From: Candidatus Nitrospinota bacterium M3_3B_026
GTDB taxonomy: Bacteria > Nitrospinota_A > UBA7883 > JBPRGF01
Assembly: GCA_051418015.1 (NCBI GenBank)
Contig: JBPRGF010000031.1
Coordinates: forward strand, 139,167 to 203,166
DNA length: 64,000 nt
Reading direction: 5' to 3'
Numbering within the stretch: position 1 is the stretch's first letter; each line of letters opens with the position of its first letter. Positions 49,484-59,331 of the stretch are shown piece by piece. The notes under the pieces are model-generated. The model saw only the letters and a list, made by a program, of their open reading frames with translations, did not search any database and was not told the origin of the DNA. The position numbers and the translations under genes were made by a program.

Positions 49484-50227
49484 ATGAGAAGAAGAATTTT
49501 TCGCCTGGCGGTGGCTTTTGCGGGCGCGTTCGCGCTTGCGTTTCCCGGGGGATCGGCGGAGGGCACGCCTTCCAAGCAGATATGGATACCGTCGACCGAC
49601 ACCCAGCCCTACGGGACTTTTCACCTGGGGGTGGACAACTACACAACCGTATTCAAGAAACAAGAAGACGGCGCCCACGCGAGCCCCACCATCATGGGTT
49701 TCACCGCCGGGATCGTCGACCGGGGCCCCATAGGCGCGGAGATCGGGATCGACCTGAAGGAGCCGACGGACTATCCCATATACCTGAACGGCAAGATACA
49801 GGTGAAGGAGGACTCCTTCTCCGTATATTTTCCCGCCATCGCCTTCGGCGTCTACGACTTCGGGACCCAGGAGGACGAGACCAACTTCAACATCATATAC
49901 ATGCTCGCCGCCAAGACCTTCCCCGTGGTGGGAAGGCTCTCGGCCGGCTACTACGTGGGCAACGAGAGCATGTTGAAGGACATAAACGGCGACACGGAGA
50001 ACAACGGCGTCCTCGTCTCCTTCGACAGGACCCTGGCGGAGATAGACGACAGGCTATGGGTAGCCGTGGATTACATGGGCGGGGACAACGTCTACGGCGC
50101 GCTCTCCTTCGGCCTGTCCTGGAGGTTCGCCCCGAACATATCCGCCCTGATCGGCTACGATATATACAACGACAAGGACCTGGCCGGCGAGGACGCCATC
50201 ACCGTTCAGTTCGACATCGACTTTTAA
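49484..50227 (+). CDS. Probable outer-membrane beta-barrel protein
   Basis: Signal peptide, amphipathic strands, C-terminal Phe (ITVQFDIDF). Confidence 0.75.
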   Translation: MRRRIFRLAVAFAGAFALAFPGGSAEGTPSKQIWIPSTDTQPYGTFHLGVDNYTTVFKKQEDGAHASPTIMGFTAGIVDRGPIGAEIGIDLKEPTDYPIYLNGKIQVKEDSFSVYFPAIAFGVYDFGTQEDETNFNIIYMLAAKTFPVVGRLSAGYYVGNESMLKDINGDTENNGVLVSFDRTLAEIDDRLWVAVDYMGGDNVYGALSFGLSWRFAPNISALIGYDIYNDKDLAGEDAITVQFDIDF

Positions 50228-50258
50228 CTCAAAAGCGCCGCGCGGAGTTTTTTTCAGG

Positions 50259-50702
50259 ATGAGCGGAAAGCCGAAAATCGAAATATTCTGCGACGGCGCG
50301 TGCCGGGGCAACCCCGGCCCCGGCGGATGGGGCGCCATCCTGCGAGGCGGCGGCAGGGAGAAAAGGATCCGCGGATACAAGGCCATGACCACAAACAACG
50401 AGATGGAGCTGACCGCGGCCATAGAGGCGCTCAAGGCCCTCAAGACGCCGAGCAGCGTGACCGTCACCAGCGACTCCAATTACGTCGTGAAGGGCATGAC
50501 GGAGTGGATACACGACTGGCGCAGGCGTGGATGGAAGACGGCGGCCAGGAAGCCGGTGAAGAACAGGGAGCTTTGGGAGAAGCTCGCGGAGGCGGCGTCC
50601 CGCCACGAGGTGCGATGGGCCTGGATCCGCGGCCACAACGGCCACCCGGAAAACGAACTGGCCGACCGCCTGGCCAACGAGGCGATCGACAGGAGGAGCT
50701 AG
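50259..50702 (+). CDS. rnhA: Ribonuclease HI
   Basis: [38 protein letters not shown]. Confidence 0.97.
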   Translation: MSGKPKIEIFCDGACRGNPGPGGWGAILRGGGREKRIRGYKAMTTNNEMELTAAIEALKALKTPSSVTVTSDSNYVVKGMTEWIHDWRRRGWKTAARKPVKNRELWEKLAEAASRHEVRWAWIRGHNGHPENELADRLANEAIDRRS

Positions 50703-50706
50703 CGCG

Positions 50707-50773
50707 TGTCATGCTGAACTTGTTTCAGCATCTCAAAGCCTCGACAGCGCGAGACCCTGAAACAAGTTCAGGG
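50707..50773. repeat. REP-like doublet
   Basis: TGTCATGCTGAACTTGTTTCAGCATCTC and its inverted mate GAGACCCTGAAACAAGTTCAGGG, between convergent genes. Confidence 0.75.
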
Positions 50774-50863
50774 CGCCATCTCTTAGCTGCGGGCTTACTC
50801 CTTAAAAACCTTCCCGCCGCCCACCGCCGGGATGAAAACGGCGGCCCTGCCAAACGCGAGGCT

Positions 50864-52135
50864 CTATTTCCCCTCCTGCTCCCCTTCCTGCCCCTCCCCT
50901 TCCTCCGGCTCGATGCGCGGGTCGATCTCCATCGTGACCGGAGATGTCCTGGAAAGCGGTATGAACGCCGCGGCGCGCTCCTCCGGCGCTGGAGGGCGGA
51001 TACGCAGCCTGTATAGGGCATAGAGGCCGCAGGCCAGGTACAGGACGGAAAGGAAACGCATCAACCCGCCCGGTCCGGCGATGTCCATGCTCACGCCGCC
51101 CGCGATCGGCCCGGCGAACGCGCCCGCGCCGAAAATGAAAAGAGCCGCGCCGGTCCCCCCGAGGCGGTCTTCGGACCGCAGGTAGTCATGGATGTGAGCC
51201 ACGCCCAGCCCGTAGAGGGAAAAGGAAAAAGCCCCGTAAAGAAAAGCCCCGGCCGCCGCGAGGGCCAGCGCGCCTTTCCCCACGGTGAAGGGAAGCGCCG
51301 CGGCGAAAACCGCCGCCAGGAGAAAAGAGGCGGCCATCACCCTGCGCCGGTCGCCCCGGTCGGACATTGCGCCGATGGGCCATTGGAGAAGAGCCGCCCC
51401 AAGCGGCGCAGAGGTCATGAAAACGGCGATCATGGTCCCTCCGCCGCCGGAAAGATGGACGTACACGGCCCCCAGGCCCCAAAAAGCCCCGCTCGTCATC
51501 CCGGCGGCGAAGGCGGCAACGGAGCCGAGGGGCGCGTTTTTCAGCAGGGTACGGGCGCGCGTTCTGAAGGCCGGCGCGGGCTCCGGCTGCGGAAAACGGG
51601 TCAGCGCCACGGGGATCAGCCCCAGCGAGAAGAGCGCCGCGCACAAACTGAAAAGCCTCTCCCACGAGCCGGACCCGAAGACCAGCGCCAGTTGGGAAAG
51701 CCCCATCGCGGCCATGAGCAGCGTGGTGTACCCTCCCAGCATTGCGCCCCTGTTCCTGTTCCCGATGGCCTCGTTGATCCACGTCTCCGCCACCATGTAA
51801 AGCCCCATCATCGAAAGCCCCGCCGCGAAGCGGAAGACGATCCACGCGAAAGCGTGAGGGACGAGCCCGTGGCCGGCGGCGGAGGCGCTGGCCAGCGCCG
51901 CGAAGGCGGCGAAAGAGCGGATATGGCCAACCCTTCGTATCACCGCCGGGCAAATATACATCCCCAGAAGAAAACCGGCGAAATAGACCGACGCCCCGGC
52001 CCCGACGAGGGCGGAGGTCGAAAACCCGGCTCTTTCGGCGGTGAGGGAGAACAGGGAGTTGAGCAGACCGGCGCCGGAGGCCTGTAGAGACATGCCGAGC
52101 AGGACGGCGCCCAGGGACAGGAAAAGCCTTTTCAA
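50864..52135 (-). CDS. MFS transporter (YcaD-like)
   Basis: About 12 transmembrane segments, RRVGHIRSF, ETWIN, QWPIGAMSDRGDRR. Confidence 0.9.
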   Translation of the reverse strand: MKRLFLSLGAVLLGMSLQASGAGLLNSLFSLTAERAGFSTSALVGAGASVYFAGFLLGMYICPAVIRRVGHIRSFAAFAALASASAAGHGLVPHAFAWIVFRFAAGLSMMGLYMVAETWINEAIGNRNRGAMLGGYTTLLMAAMGLSQLALVFGSGSWERLFSLCAALFSLGLIPVALTRFPQPEPAPAFRTRARTLLKNAPLGSVAAFAAGMTSGAFWGLGAVYVHLSGGGGTMIAVFMTSAPLGAALLQWPIGAMSDRGDRRRVMAASFLLAAVFAAALPFTVGKGALALAAAGAFLYGAFSFSLYGLGVAHIHDYLRSEDRLGGTGAALFIFGAGAFAGPIAGGVSMDIAGPGGLMRFLSVLYLACGLYALYRLRIRPPAPEERAAAFIPLSRTSPVTMEIDPRIEPEEGEGQEGEQEGK

Positions 52136-52219
52136 TCTCCTCCTTTGAACACACCTCGGGCCGGGCTCATGCCGCCCGGCCCGTGAGAATCGCTTGATTC
52201 TCCCCTAGAAATCCGCCCA

Positions 52220-52423
52220 CTATTCCAGCAGGAAGGATATCTTCGCGTTTATCCTGTACTTCGTTATCTGTCCGTTCTCCACCTTGGCCTCGAAATTCTT
52301 GACGTAGATGGACTTGATGCCGCGCACCGAATGTCTGGCCTTGTCGATGGCGTTCTGCGCCGCGTCTTCCCAGTTTTTATCGGATTCGGCCAGGACTTCT
52401 ATGACTTTCAACATTTCGCTCAT
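52220..52423 (-). CDS. Dodecin-family protein
   Basis: KVIEVLAES..WEDAA...YRINAKISF, 67 aa, GGGAGG ribosome-binding site. Confidence 0.92.
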   Translation of the reverse strand: MSEMLKVIEVLAESDKNWEDAAQNAIDKARHSVRGIKSIYVKNFEAKVENGQITKYRINAKISFLLE

Positions 52424-52561
52424 TTTTCGTGTTCCTCCCCTTTTCCTTTTAAACGATGGCTATAAGGTGTCCGCGCTCTTTATCCCGCGGAACTAATATA
52501 CGGCCCCGAGCGCGCTCTTGGCAAAGGCCGGAACCGGAAGTGTTCGCGGGAAGGCAGGCCT

Positions 52562-54412
52562 CTACCGCAGGTCCATCCTCCTTTTCTCGCCCGCCTCAAG
52601 GACGACGCGCTCGCTGTGGGGCGCCCTGCCCTTCACCTGGACATGGACGATGTGTGAGCCGGCGGAAAGCTCGTCCAGAACGAGCTTTTGTTTTCTGTAC
52701 TCCCTGCCATCGATGAAGATGACGCTGCCCGGCGGGACGACGATCTCCAGGCTGGCGCGGGCCTTCTCGGGCAGGACGGGAGCGGTCCCTTTCCCCTCCT
52801 CGCTTTCAAGCAGGGATACCTTGACCTGTTTTTTCGCGCCGCCCAGGGTCACCTTTTTCACCGCGGCGGTGTAACCCTCTTTCTTCAGGAGCAAGGCGAC
52901 CTCGCCCTGCCTGAGCCGTATGTTGTTTATAGGGGTGTGCCCCATGTATTTTCCGCCGATGAACACATCCGCGCCTGCCGGCTCGGACTCTATATCCATA
53001 TAGCTGAACCTGGGAGGCTCCTGTTTTTTCGGGGCCGGTTTTACAGGCTTCGGCGCGGGTTCTTTTTTCACCTGCGCTGGCGCTGGGCGGGGCTCCGGTT
53101 CTTCCCGCGGGGGTTTTTCCATCACGGGCGGAGCCTTTTTCACGGTCACCGGCTCCGGTGTCTCGGGCTCCGGGGACGCAGGGGCGGTCTTTGGCGCGGG
53201 CTCTGCTTTCGCCTCTTGCCCGGCGGAGAGGGGTGGAGCCTCCTCCTGCCCTGGCCCAGGTTCGGCTGACGGCTCTCCGGCCTTTTCGGCCTCGTCCTTT
53301 TCCTTCATCCCGGCAGGCGCGGCCGCATCGGCCTCCGGTGGCGGCGCCTTGACGGCAGTCTTGATGGGCGGGGGAGGAGGCGCCTGGTCCGTGGAGAGAT
53401 AGTAGGCCACGCCTAGGACGAGGGCCAGCGCTGCCACCGCGGCGGACGCGGCTTTGCCGTGGAATTTTTTCGGCCACGCGCCGGGCCGGGGGACGGCGAC
53501 GGTACCGCTGTCCTCCACCCTGGCGCGGGGTGTCTCGATGGTCGTCTGGCCTGTGCGGACGGGAGACTTTTTCACCTCCTCGGCCAGCCGGTCGATCGCG
53601 GCGATGAACTCCGCTCCGCCCTGGAACCTCCTGGCGGGATCCTTGCTCAGCCCTTTGTTTATCAGCTCGTCGGCGTACTTCGGCAGGGCTCCGTTCAGCT
53701 TCCGCGGCGGGGTGTGGTCGTCGTTGACGACCCTGTATATCACGGAGGTGATGGAGTCCGCCGCGAAAGGTTTCTGGCTGGTCAGAAGCTCGTAGAGGAT
53801 CACCGTCAGCGAAAAGAAGTCCGACCGGGCGTCGACCTTCTTTCCCTGCACCTGCTCCGGGGCCATGTAGTTCGGCGTGCCGAGTATGGTCCCCGCCAGG
53901 GTCAGCGACGAGTCCGACAGCCGCGCGAGGCCGAAGTCGGTCAGCTTCGGGGTGTCGCCTTCGGTGATGATGATGTTGGCGGGCTTCACGTCCCTGTGTA
54001 TCACTCCCCGCCTGTGGGCATAGTCCAGCCCCTCGGCGATCTGTCTCACTATCCCGAGTTTTTCATATAGCGAAGGGTAGGTGTTGCTGGCGATGTGGTG
54101 GTCCAGCCCCTCACCGTCCAAAAACTCCATGGCGATGTAGACAAGGTCGCCCTCCGGCGCCGTCTCCTCCCCGACATCGTAGATGGTGACGATGTTCTTG
54201 TGCGAGAGCTGCCCGGCGGCCCGGGCCTCCACGTAGAACCGCTCCGCGGCCTGTTTCTGCTCGTCGCTTTTCCTGGAGCCGACCTGCGGGCGGATCACCT
54301 TCAGGGCGACGAGGCGGTTTATCTTCGGGTCGCGCCCCTTGTAGACGATTCCCATCCCGCCGCTGCCGATCTCCTCCAGGACCTCGAACCGGCCGAGTCT
54401 TTTTATGTCCAT
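52562..54412 (-). CDS. Hanks-type Ser/Thr kinase with transmembrane segment, Pro-rich linker and PEGA domain(s)
   Basis: GSGGMG, VALK, HRDVKPAN, DFG, GTPNYMAPE, then IESEPAGADVFIGG...TP (PEGA). Start trimmed to ATG 54412. Confidence 0.92.
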   Translation of the reverse strand: MDIKRLGRFEVLEEIGSGGMGIVYKGRDPKINRLVALKVIRPQVGSRKSDEQKQAAERFYVEARAAGQLSHKNIVTIYDVGEETAPEGDLVYIAMEFLDGEGLDHHIASNTYPSLYEKLGIVRQIAEGLDYAHRRGVIHRDVKPANIIITEGDTPKLTDFGLARLSDSSLTLAGTILGTPNYMAPEQVQGKKVDARSDFFSLTVILYELLTSQKPFAADSITSVIYRVVNDDHTPPRKLNGALPKYADELINKGLSKDPARRFQGGAEFIAAIDRLAEEVKKSPVRTGQTTIETPRARVEDSGTVAVPRPGAWPKKFHGKAASAAVAALALVLGVAYYLSTDQAPPPPPIKTAVKAPPPEADAAAPAGMKEKDEAEKAGEPSAEPGPGQEEAPPLSAGQEAKAEPAPKTAPASPEPETPEPVTVKKAPPVMEKPPREEPEPRPAPAQVKKEPAPKPVKPAPKKQEPPRFSYMDIESEPAGADVFIGGKYMGHTPINNIRLRQGEVALLLKKEGYTAAVKKVTLGGAKKQVKVSLLESEEGKGTAPVLPEKARASLEIVVPPGSVIFIDGREYRKQKLVLDELSAGSHIVHVQVKGRAPHSERVVLEAGEKRRMDLR

Positions 54413-55515
54413 CGTTCCGGGAACCTGCATGGTTTGCCAAGGGACTCCGCCACGGAAGGATGCGTTATGGCCCCCTCGGCCACGTTCAGCCCCGTGCGCA
54501 GGGTGTGGCTTTCCCTTACGGCCTTCTCCGCGCCCTTTTCCGCAAGCTCGGCGAGCCCGGGAAAGGTGGCGCTGGCCAGGGCGAAGGTGGACGTGCGCGG
54601 CACGGCGCCGGGCATGTTGGCGACGCAGTAATGGGTCACGGCGTCCACGACGAATGTGGGGTCTGAATGAGACGTGGGGCGGCTGGTCTCCACGCAGCCG
54701 CCCTGGTCCACGGAGACGTCGACTATCACGGATCCCGGCTTCATGCTCGGCAGGGTTTCCCTCTTGATAAGCCACGGCGCCCTCGCCCCGGCCACGAGAA
54801 CCGCGCCGATCACAAGATCCGCCGCGCGGGCGGCCTGCAGGACGGCGTGCTCGTCAGAGTACAGCGTCTCCACCCGTCCACCGAAAAGGTCGTCCACGTA
54901 CCGCAGCTTGCGCAGGTCTATGTCCAGCATAACGACCCTGGCGCCCATCCCGGCGGCTATCTTCGCCGCGTTGAGGCCGACCACCCCCGCGCCGAGGATG
55001 GCGACGCTCCCCTGCTCCGCTCCCGGAACGCCCCCCAGAAGGACGCCCCGGCCGCCGCTCTCGGCCTCCAGGTTTTTCGCGCCCGCCTGGACGGCCATCC
55101 GCCCGGCCACCTCGCTCATGGGCACGAGCATGGGCAGCTCGCCGGTCTTCTCGTCCTGGGCGGTCTCGTAGCCTATGGCGATGACGCCGGTCTCCATCAG
55201 CTTTTCGGCAAGCTCCGGCGCGGCGGCAAGGTGCAGGAATGTGTAGAGGATCAACCCCTCGCGCAGGTATTTGTATTCGGGCTCGATAGGCTCTTTAACC
55301 TTTTTTATGATATCGGCGGCCCAGGCCTCCTCGGCCGAGTCCACGACCCGCGCGCCTTCTGCCTCGTACTCGCCGTCGGCGATCCCCGAGCCAGAGCCCG
55401 CGCCGCGCTCGACAATCACCTCGTGGCCCGCCAGGGCAAGCTGGCGCGCGCCCGCGGGGGTTATCCCCACGCGGTACTCGTCCGCCTTGATTTCTTTTGG
55501 AACGCCGATTTTCAC
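54403..55515 (-). CDS. ald: Alanine dehydrogenase
   Basis: IGVPKEIK..EYRV, KVKEP, MSEVAGR, GAGVVG, VDQGGC, YCVANMPG. Confidence 0.96.
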   Translation of the reverse strand: MKIGVPKEIKADEYRVGITPAGARQLALAGHEVIVERGAGSGSGIADGEYEAEGARVVDSAEEAWAADIIKKVKEPIEPEYKYLREGLILYTFLHLAAAPELAEKLMETGVIAIGYETAQDEKTGELPMLVPMSEVAGRMAVQAGAKNLEAESGGRGVLLGGVPGAEQGSVAILGAGVVGLNAAKIAAGMGARVVMLDIDLRKLRYVDDLFGGRVETLYSDEHAVLQAARAADLVIGAVLVAGARAPWLIKRETLPSMKPGSVIVDVSVDQGGCVETSRPTSHSDPTFVVDAVTHYCVANMPGAVPRTSTFALASATFPGLAELAEKGAEKAVRESHTLRTGLNVAEGAITHPSVAESLGKPCRFPERWT

Positions 55516-55602
55516 CGTCTGACCGTAAGCTATGAAAATGTTTGATTATAGCACGGCGGGACGGTTGTTAAATAACGGGAGGCCCGCTGTCGCGGATCAG
55601 CC

Positions 55603-55753
55603 TGTAATCCTGAGGCCCTTCGGCATACGCTCAGGACGGGCCCCGCCGAAGGGAGCCATCCGTCCCTGAGTTGTCATTCTGAGGCGAAGCCGAAGAATCC
55701 CGTCTGGTCTTGGCATGATCGTACGGGATGCTTCGCTGACGCTCAGCATGACA
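55603..55753. repeat. REP-like palindrome cluster (family shared with 14.7, 33.3 and 37.4 kb)
   Basis: TGTCATTCTGAGGCGAAGCCGAAGAATCCC and its inverted mate GGGATGCTTCGCTGACGCTCAGCATGACA. Confidence 0.78.
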
Positions 55754-55792
55754 TTGGCGGCGCGCGGACGCTTCGGCGCGTCCGCTCAGAAA

Positions 55793-55940
55793 TCCTCCCC
55801 CTTGAAGGGGGAGGCCGGGTGGGGGTGTGTTTTATTTATACCCCCTCCCGCCTGGCGGCGGACTCCCCCTTGTAAAGGGGGAGAAAAAAGCAGGCTCCGG
55901 AGCCATCCCCCAAAAGCCCTCCCGCCGGGGGAGGGGATTT
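55793..55940. repeat. C/G-tract hairpin repeat cluster (family shared with the cytochrome spacers)
   Basis: CCTCCCCCTTGAAGGGGGAGG, CTCCCCCTTGTAAAGGGGGAG, CCCTCCCGCCGGGGGAGGGGATTT. Confidence 0.75.
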
Positions 55941-55952
55941 AGCATCGTTGTA

Positions 55953-56678
55953 TTATTTATCTTCTTTTCTAATAGGTTTAAGAATATCTACTAAAAATTC
56001 ATGCAGGCGAGGAGGTAAAATAACATCGCCATTCTCATCTTTGGTGATGTTAAATGCCTTGTTAACCAACAAGCAGGCCAATTTGAATGTTTTGAGAGCG
56101 TCTTTATCAGCATTTTCAATCGCGGCGCTTTCCATAAAATGAAGATATTTCCTTCGAATGCTTCGAAGTTCGTTGAATTTTCCTTTTATCTCTTTATCAA
56201 TATCACCATATGCAAATAAAACTTCAATTCTTCGCTCCTGTCCCAATTTGTCAAATGACTGGCCAAAAAGGAGTTTTTGGAGACGTTCGTCTAAAACCCT
56301 ATCATCCCTTGTTGGCTTTAACATTTGGAAGCGCCAAATCGCGACCATCTCACCAACCAGACCAGATAGGGCAATGCATGCCACGGGCAGATTCAATATA
56401 TAACACTTCATTGCCTCAAGTAACGGATTGATAATATGATCAATAATTGTGGGATGGTCGGGCGCGAAAGGAACTAGCCCAATTGCGGGAGAGCACTTGG
56501 AGTATCTTTTATGCAATTCAGCTTTTACATTATCGCCACCCGAAACATGAATGCATTGTTGTAAAAAAGATATGCCCACGTCTTTTGGGTCCATGTCTTC
56601 ATTGAATTTTTCAAGCATAGCCATCATAAGAGGTCTATTTCTAGCTGGAAAAAAATGATCACCCATACCCTTGTTCAT
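55953..56678 (-). CDS. AT-rich hypothetical protein, HEPN/DUF4145-like
   Basis: Sharp drop in GC content. EAMKCY...ACIALSGLVGE helix and ELRSIRRKYLH (Rx4H). Confidence 0.65.
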   Translation of the reverse strand: MNKGMGDHFFPARNRPLMMAMLEKFNEDMDPKDVGISFLQQCIHVSGGDNVKAELHKRYSKCSPAIGLVPFAPDHPTIIDHIINPLLEAMKCYILNLPVACIALSGLVGEMVAIWRFQMLKPTRDDRVLDERLQKLLFGQSFDKLGQERRIEVLFAYGDIDKEIKGKFNELRSIRRKYLHFMESAAIENADKDALKTFKLACLLVNKAFNITKDENGDVILPPRLHEFLVDILKPIRKEDK

Positions 56679-56715
56679 CCTTCCGCAATTCTAAATTGAA
56701 AAAATGGCGTACCTT

Positions 56716-59331
56716 TCACACCCTCCTCCTCAACTTCGCCAGCTCATTCAACGCTTCCAGCGGCGTGAGGTTATCGACATCAATCTTCTTCAACTCTTCC
56801 TCTACTTCGGAAACGCGGGGGCTGAATAGATCAACCTGAAAATCCCCGGCGCTCTCGGCGCTCATGGCTTTCAGCTTGGGGTGGCCGGAGGAGTCGAACT
56901 CGTTGGCTTCGAGCTGGCTCATGATGTCACCCGCCCGCGATATGACCTCCGGCGGCAGACCGGCGAGGCGGGCGACCTGTATGCCGTAGCTCTTGTCCGC
57001 GCCGCCCTCGACGATCTTGCGTAAAAATATTATCTCCTCGTTCCACTCCTTCACCGCCACGGACAGGTTCACAACCCCCGGCAGAGACTCGGCAAGCTCC
57101 GTCAGCTCGTGGTAGTGCGTGGCGAAGAGCGTCCGCGCGCCTATCTTGTGTATGTATTCGGCCACGGCCCAGGCGATCGATATCCCGTCGAATGTCGACG
57201 TGCCCCGCCCGATCTCGTCGAGGATAATGAGGCTCCTCGGCGTGGCGTGGTTTAAAATCATCGCCGTCTCGTTCATCTCCACCATGAAGGTGGACTGCCC
57301 CTTCTGCAGATGATCCTGCGCGCCGACCCGGGTGAATATCCGGTCGAGGACGCCTATCCGCGCGGAGTCCGCCGGGACGTATGAGCCGATCTGCGCCATC
57401 AGCGTGATGAGCGCCACCTGGCGGATGTATGTGGACTTGCCGGCCATGTTCGGCCCGGTGATGATGGAGACCAGCCGCTCCTGCCTGTCGAGCAGCGCGT
57501 CGTTGGGGACGAACCGCTCCTCGAGGCTCGCCGCCTCGATGACAGGATGCCGCCCGCCCTTTATCTCGATGACCCCGCCGTCGTCCACCTCCGGCTCCAC
57601 GTAGCCGCGCCTGCGCGCCAGCCGGGCAAGGGAAAGCAGCGCGTCCGCCTCGCCCACCACCGCCGCCATCATCGCCGCCCGTTCGCCTTCGGCGGCGGCT
57701 TTTTGTTTCACCGACTCGAAAAGCTGAAGCTCAATCTCAAGCGCCCGCTCCTCGGCGGTCTGTATCTTCTCCTCGAGTTCCTTGAGCTTCGGCGACACGA
57801 ACCGCTCCGAGTTCACCAGCGACTGTTTTCTCATCCAGTCCTCCGGCGTGTTTTCGGAGTGGCGGCGGGAGACCTCCATGAAGTAGCCGTAGACCTTGTT
57901 GTACTTTATCTTCAGGTTCGGCACTCCCGAGCGGGCGCGCTCCTCCTCCTCGAGGCGCAGTATCGCCCGGCGCGAGTCCGTCTTCACCGCCCGCAGGTCG
58001 TCGAGCTGTTCGGAGTAGCCCTCGCGTATCGCGCCGCCGTCGCGGGCGAAGGCTGGGGGGCTTTCGGCGATGGCGCGCTCCAGAAGCTCCGCCACGTCCC
58101 CCATGTCGTCCCATAGCGCGCGCCACGCCCGGCCTATGGACGTCTCCACGTCCTTCAGCTCCATCCCTAGGGCCGGCAGTCTCTTGAGAGCCGCGCCCAT
58201 GGCGTAAAGGTCGCGCGGTGAGCAGGAGGGAAGCGAGACGCGGCTTGCGGTCCGCTCCAGGTCGCCCATCCCCCCCATCGCCTCCACGGCCGCCTCGGCA
58301 AGCCGAGGGTTCTCGTAGAAGAACCTCACCGTCTCCAGCCGCTCCCTTATCCTCTCCACGTGGACGAGCGGGCGCAGGATCCACTCCTTCAGCGTCCGCG
58401 CCCCCATCGGCGCCGCCGTCTCGTCCATTATGTCCAGCAGCGACCCCTTGCGCGCCCCGTCGAGGATGGCGCAGGTAAGCTCCAGGTTGCGGCGCGTGGC
58501 CGTGTCCAGCATCATGTTCTCGGATGGGTTATGGACGACCACCTTGCGGATGTGGGCCAGGGCGCCCTTCTGGGTGTCGCGCAGGTAGGCCACGGCGGCC
58601 CCGGCGGCGGATATGGAAAGCTCCATCCCATCCAGCCCGAACCCGTCCAGGCCGACGACGCCGAACTGGTCCAGCAGCGTCTTCTCCGCGGTCTGGACCC
58701 CGAACATCCATGGCTCCACGGCCTCCAGCGCCTTGCCGTAAGAGCCCGCCAGAGCCTTCGCCAGCGGCGGATGGCGCTCCTCCAGCCCGGCGGGGACGAG
58801 CACCTGTTTCGGGCCGGTCCTGTCCAGCTCGTCCGAAAGCTCTGAAAGCGCCGCGTCCCCGGCGAACTCGCAGACCCGCAGAAGGCCCGTGGAGAGGTCC
58901 GCCGCCGCCAGGCCGAACCCCCGCCTCGACGCCGCCACCGCGGCCAGGAAGTTGTGCGACCTCTCGTCCAGCATGGAAGGCTCCAGGATGGAGCCGGGGG
59001 TTATGACGCGGACCACCTCCCGCCGGACGAGGCCCTTCGCCTTCGCCGGGTCCTCCGTCTGCTCGCAGATGGCCACCTTGTGCCCCTTCTCGATCATCTT
59101 CGGCAGGTACGAGCCCAGCGCGTGATATGGGACGCCGCACATGGGGACGGCGTTCTCGCTTCCCTTGTCTCTCGTTGTCAGGGCGATGTTCATCGCCTTC
59201 GACGCGGCGACGGCGTCCTCGCCGAACATCTCGTAGAAATCGCCCATGCGGAAAAAGAGGACGGCGTCCGGGTGTTCTTTTTTAATCTCCCAGTACTGCC
59301 GCATCATCGGCGTCGCCGATCTTGATGACAT
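56716..59331 (-). CDS. mutS: DNA mismatch repair protein MutS
   Basis: TPMMRQY, RMGDFYEMF, TGPNMAGKST, DEIGRGT, ATHYHEL, SYGIQVA. Confidence 0.98.
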   Translation of the reverse strand: MSSRSATPMMRQYWEIKKEHPDAVLFFRMGDFYEMFGEDAVAASKAMNIALTTRDKGSENAVPMCGVPYHALGSYLPKMIEKGHKVAICEQTEDPAKAKGLVRREVVRVITPGSILEPSMLDERSHNFLAAVAASRRGFGLAAADLSTGLLRVCEFAGDAALSELSDELDRTGPKQVLVPAGLEERHPPLAKALAGSYGKALEAVEPWMFGVQTAEKTLLDQFGVVGLDGFGLDGMELSISAAGAAVAYLRDTQKGALAHIRKVVVHNPSENMMLDTATRRNLELTCAILDGARKGSLLDIMDETAAPMGARTLKEWILRPLVHVERIRERLETVRFFYENPRLAEAAVEAMGGMGDLERTASRVSLPSCSPRDLYAMGAALKRLPALGMELKDVETSIGRAWRALWDDMGDVAELLERAIAESPPAFARDGGAIREGYSEQLDDLRAVKTDSRRAILRLEEEERARSGVPNLKIKYNKVYGYFMEVSRRHSENTPEDWMRKQSLVNSERFVSPKLKELEEKIQTAEERALEIELQLFESVKQKAAAEGERAAMMAAVVGEADALLSLARLARRRGYVEPEVDDGGVIEIKGGRHPVIEAASLEERFVPNDALLDRQERLVSIITGPNMAGKSTYIRQVALITLMAQIGSYVPADSARIGVLDRIFTRVGAQDHLQKGQSTFMVEMNETAMILNHATPRSLIILDEIGRGTSTFDGISIAWAVAEYIHKIGARTLFATHYHELTELAESLPGVVNLSVAVKEWNEEIIFLRKIVEGGADKSYGIQVARLAGLPPEVISRAGDIMSQLEANEFDSSGHPKLKAMSAESAGDFQVDLFSPRVSEVEEELKKIDVDNLTPLEALNELAKLRRRV

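Noticed and set aside
52157..52183. Perfect 10-bp hairpin between the dodecin and MFS genes as a terminator
   Set aside because: No U-tract on the coding (minus) strand. It may be a stability hairpin but cannot be called.
54413..54775. Long N-terminal extensions in the ORF track (kinase here; also purM, ectB, glyS, dacB and the CgeB-like gene) read as fusions
   Set aside because: The extensions overlap neighbouring genes in another frame or strand and are low-information. Homology begins at the downstream starts used above.
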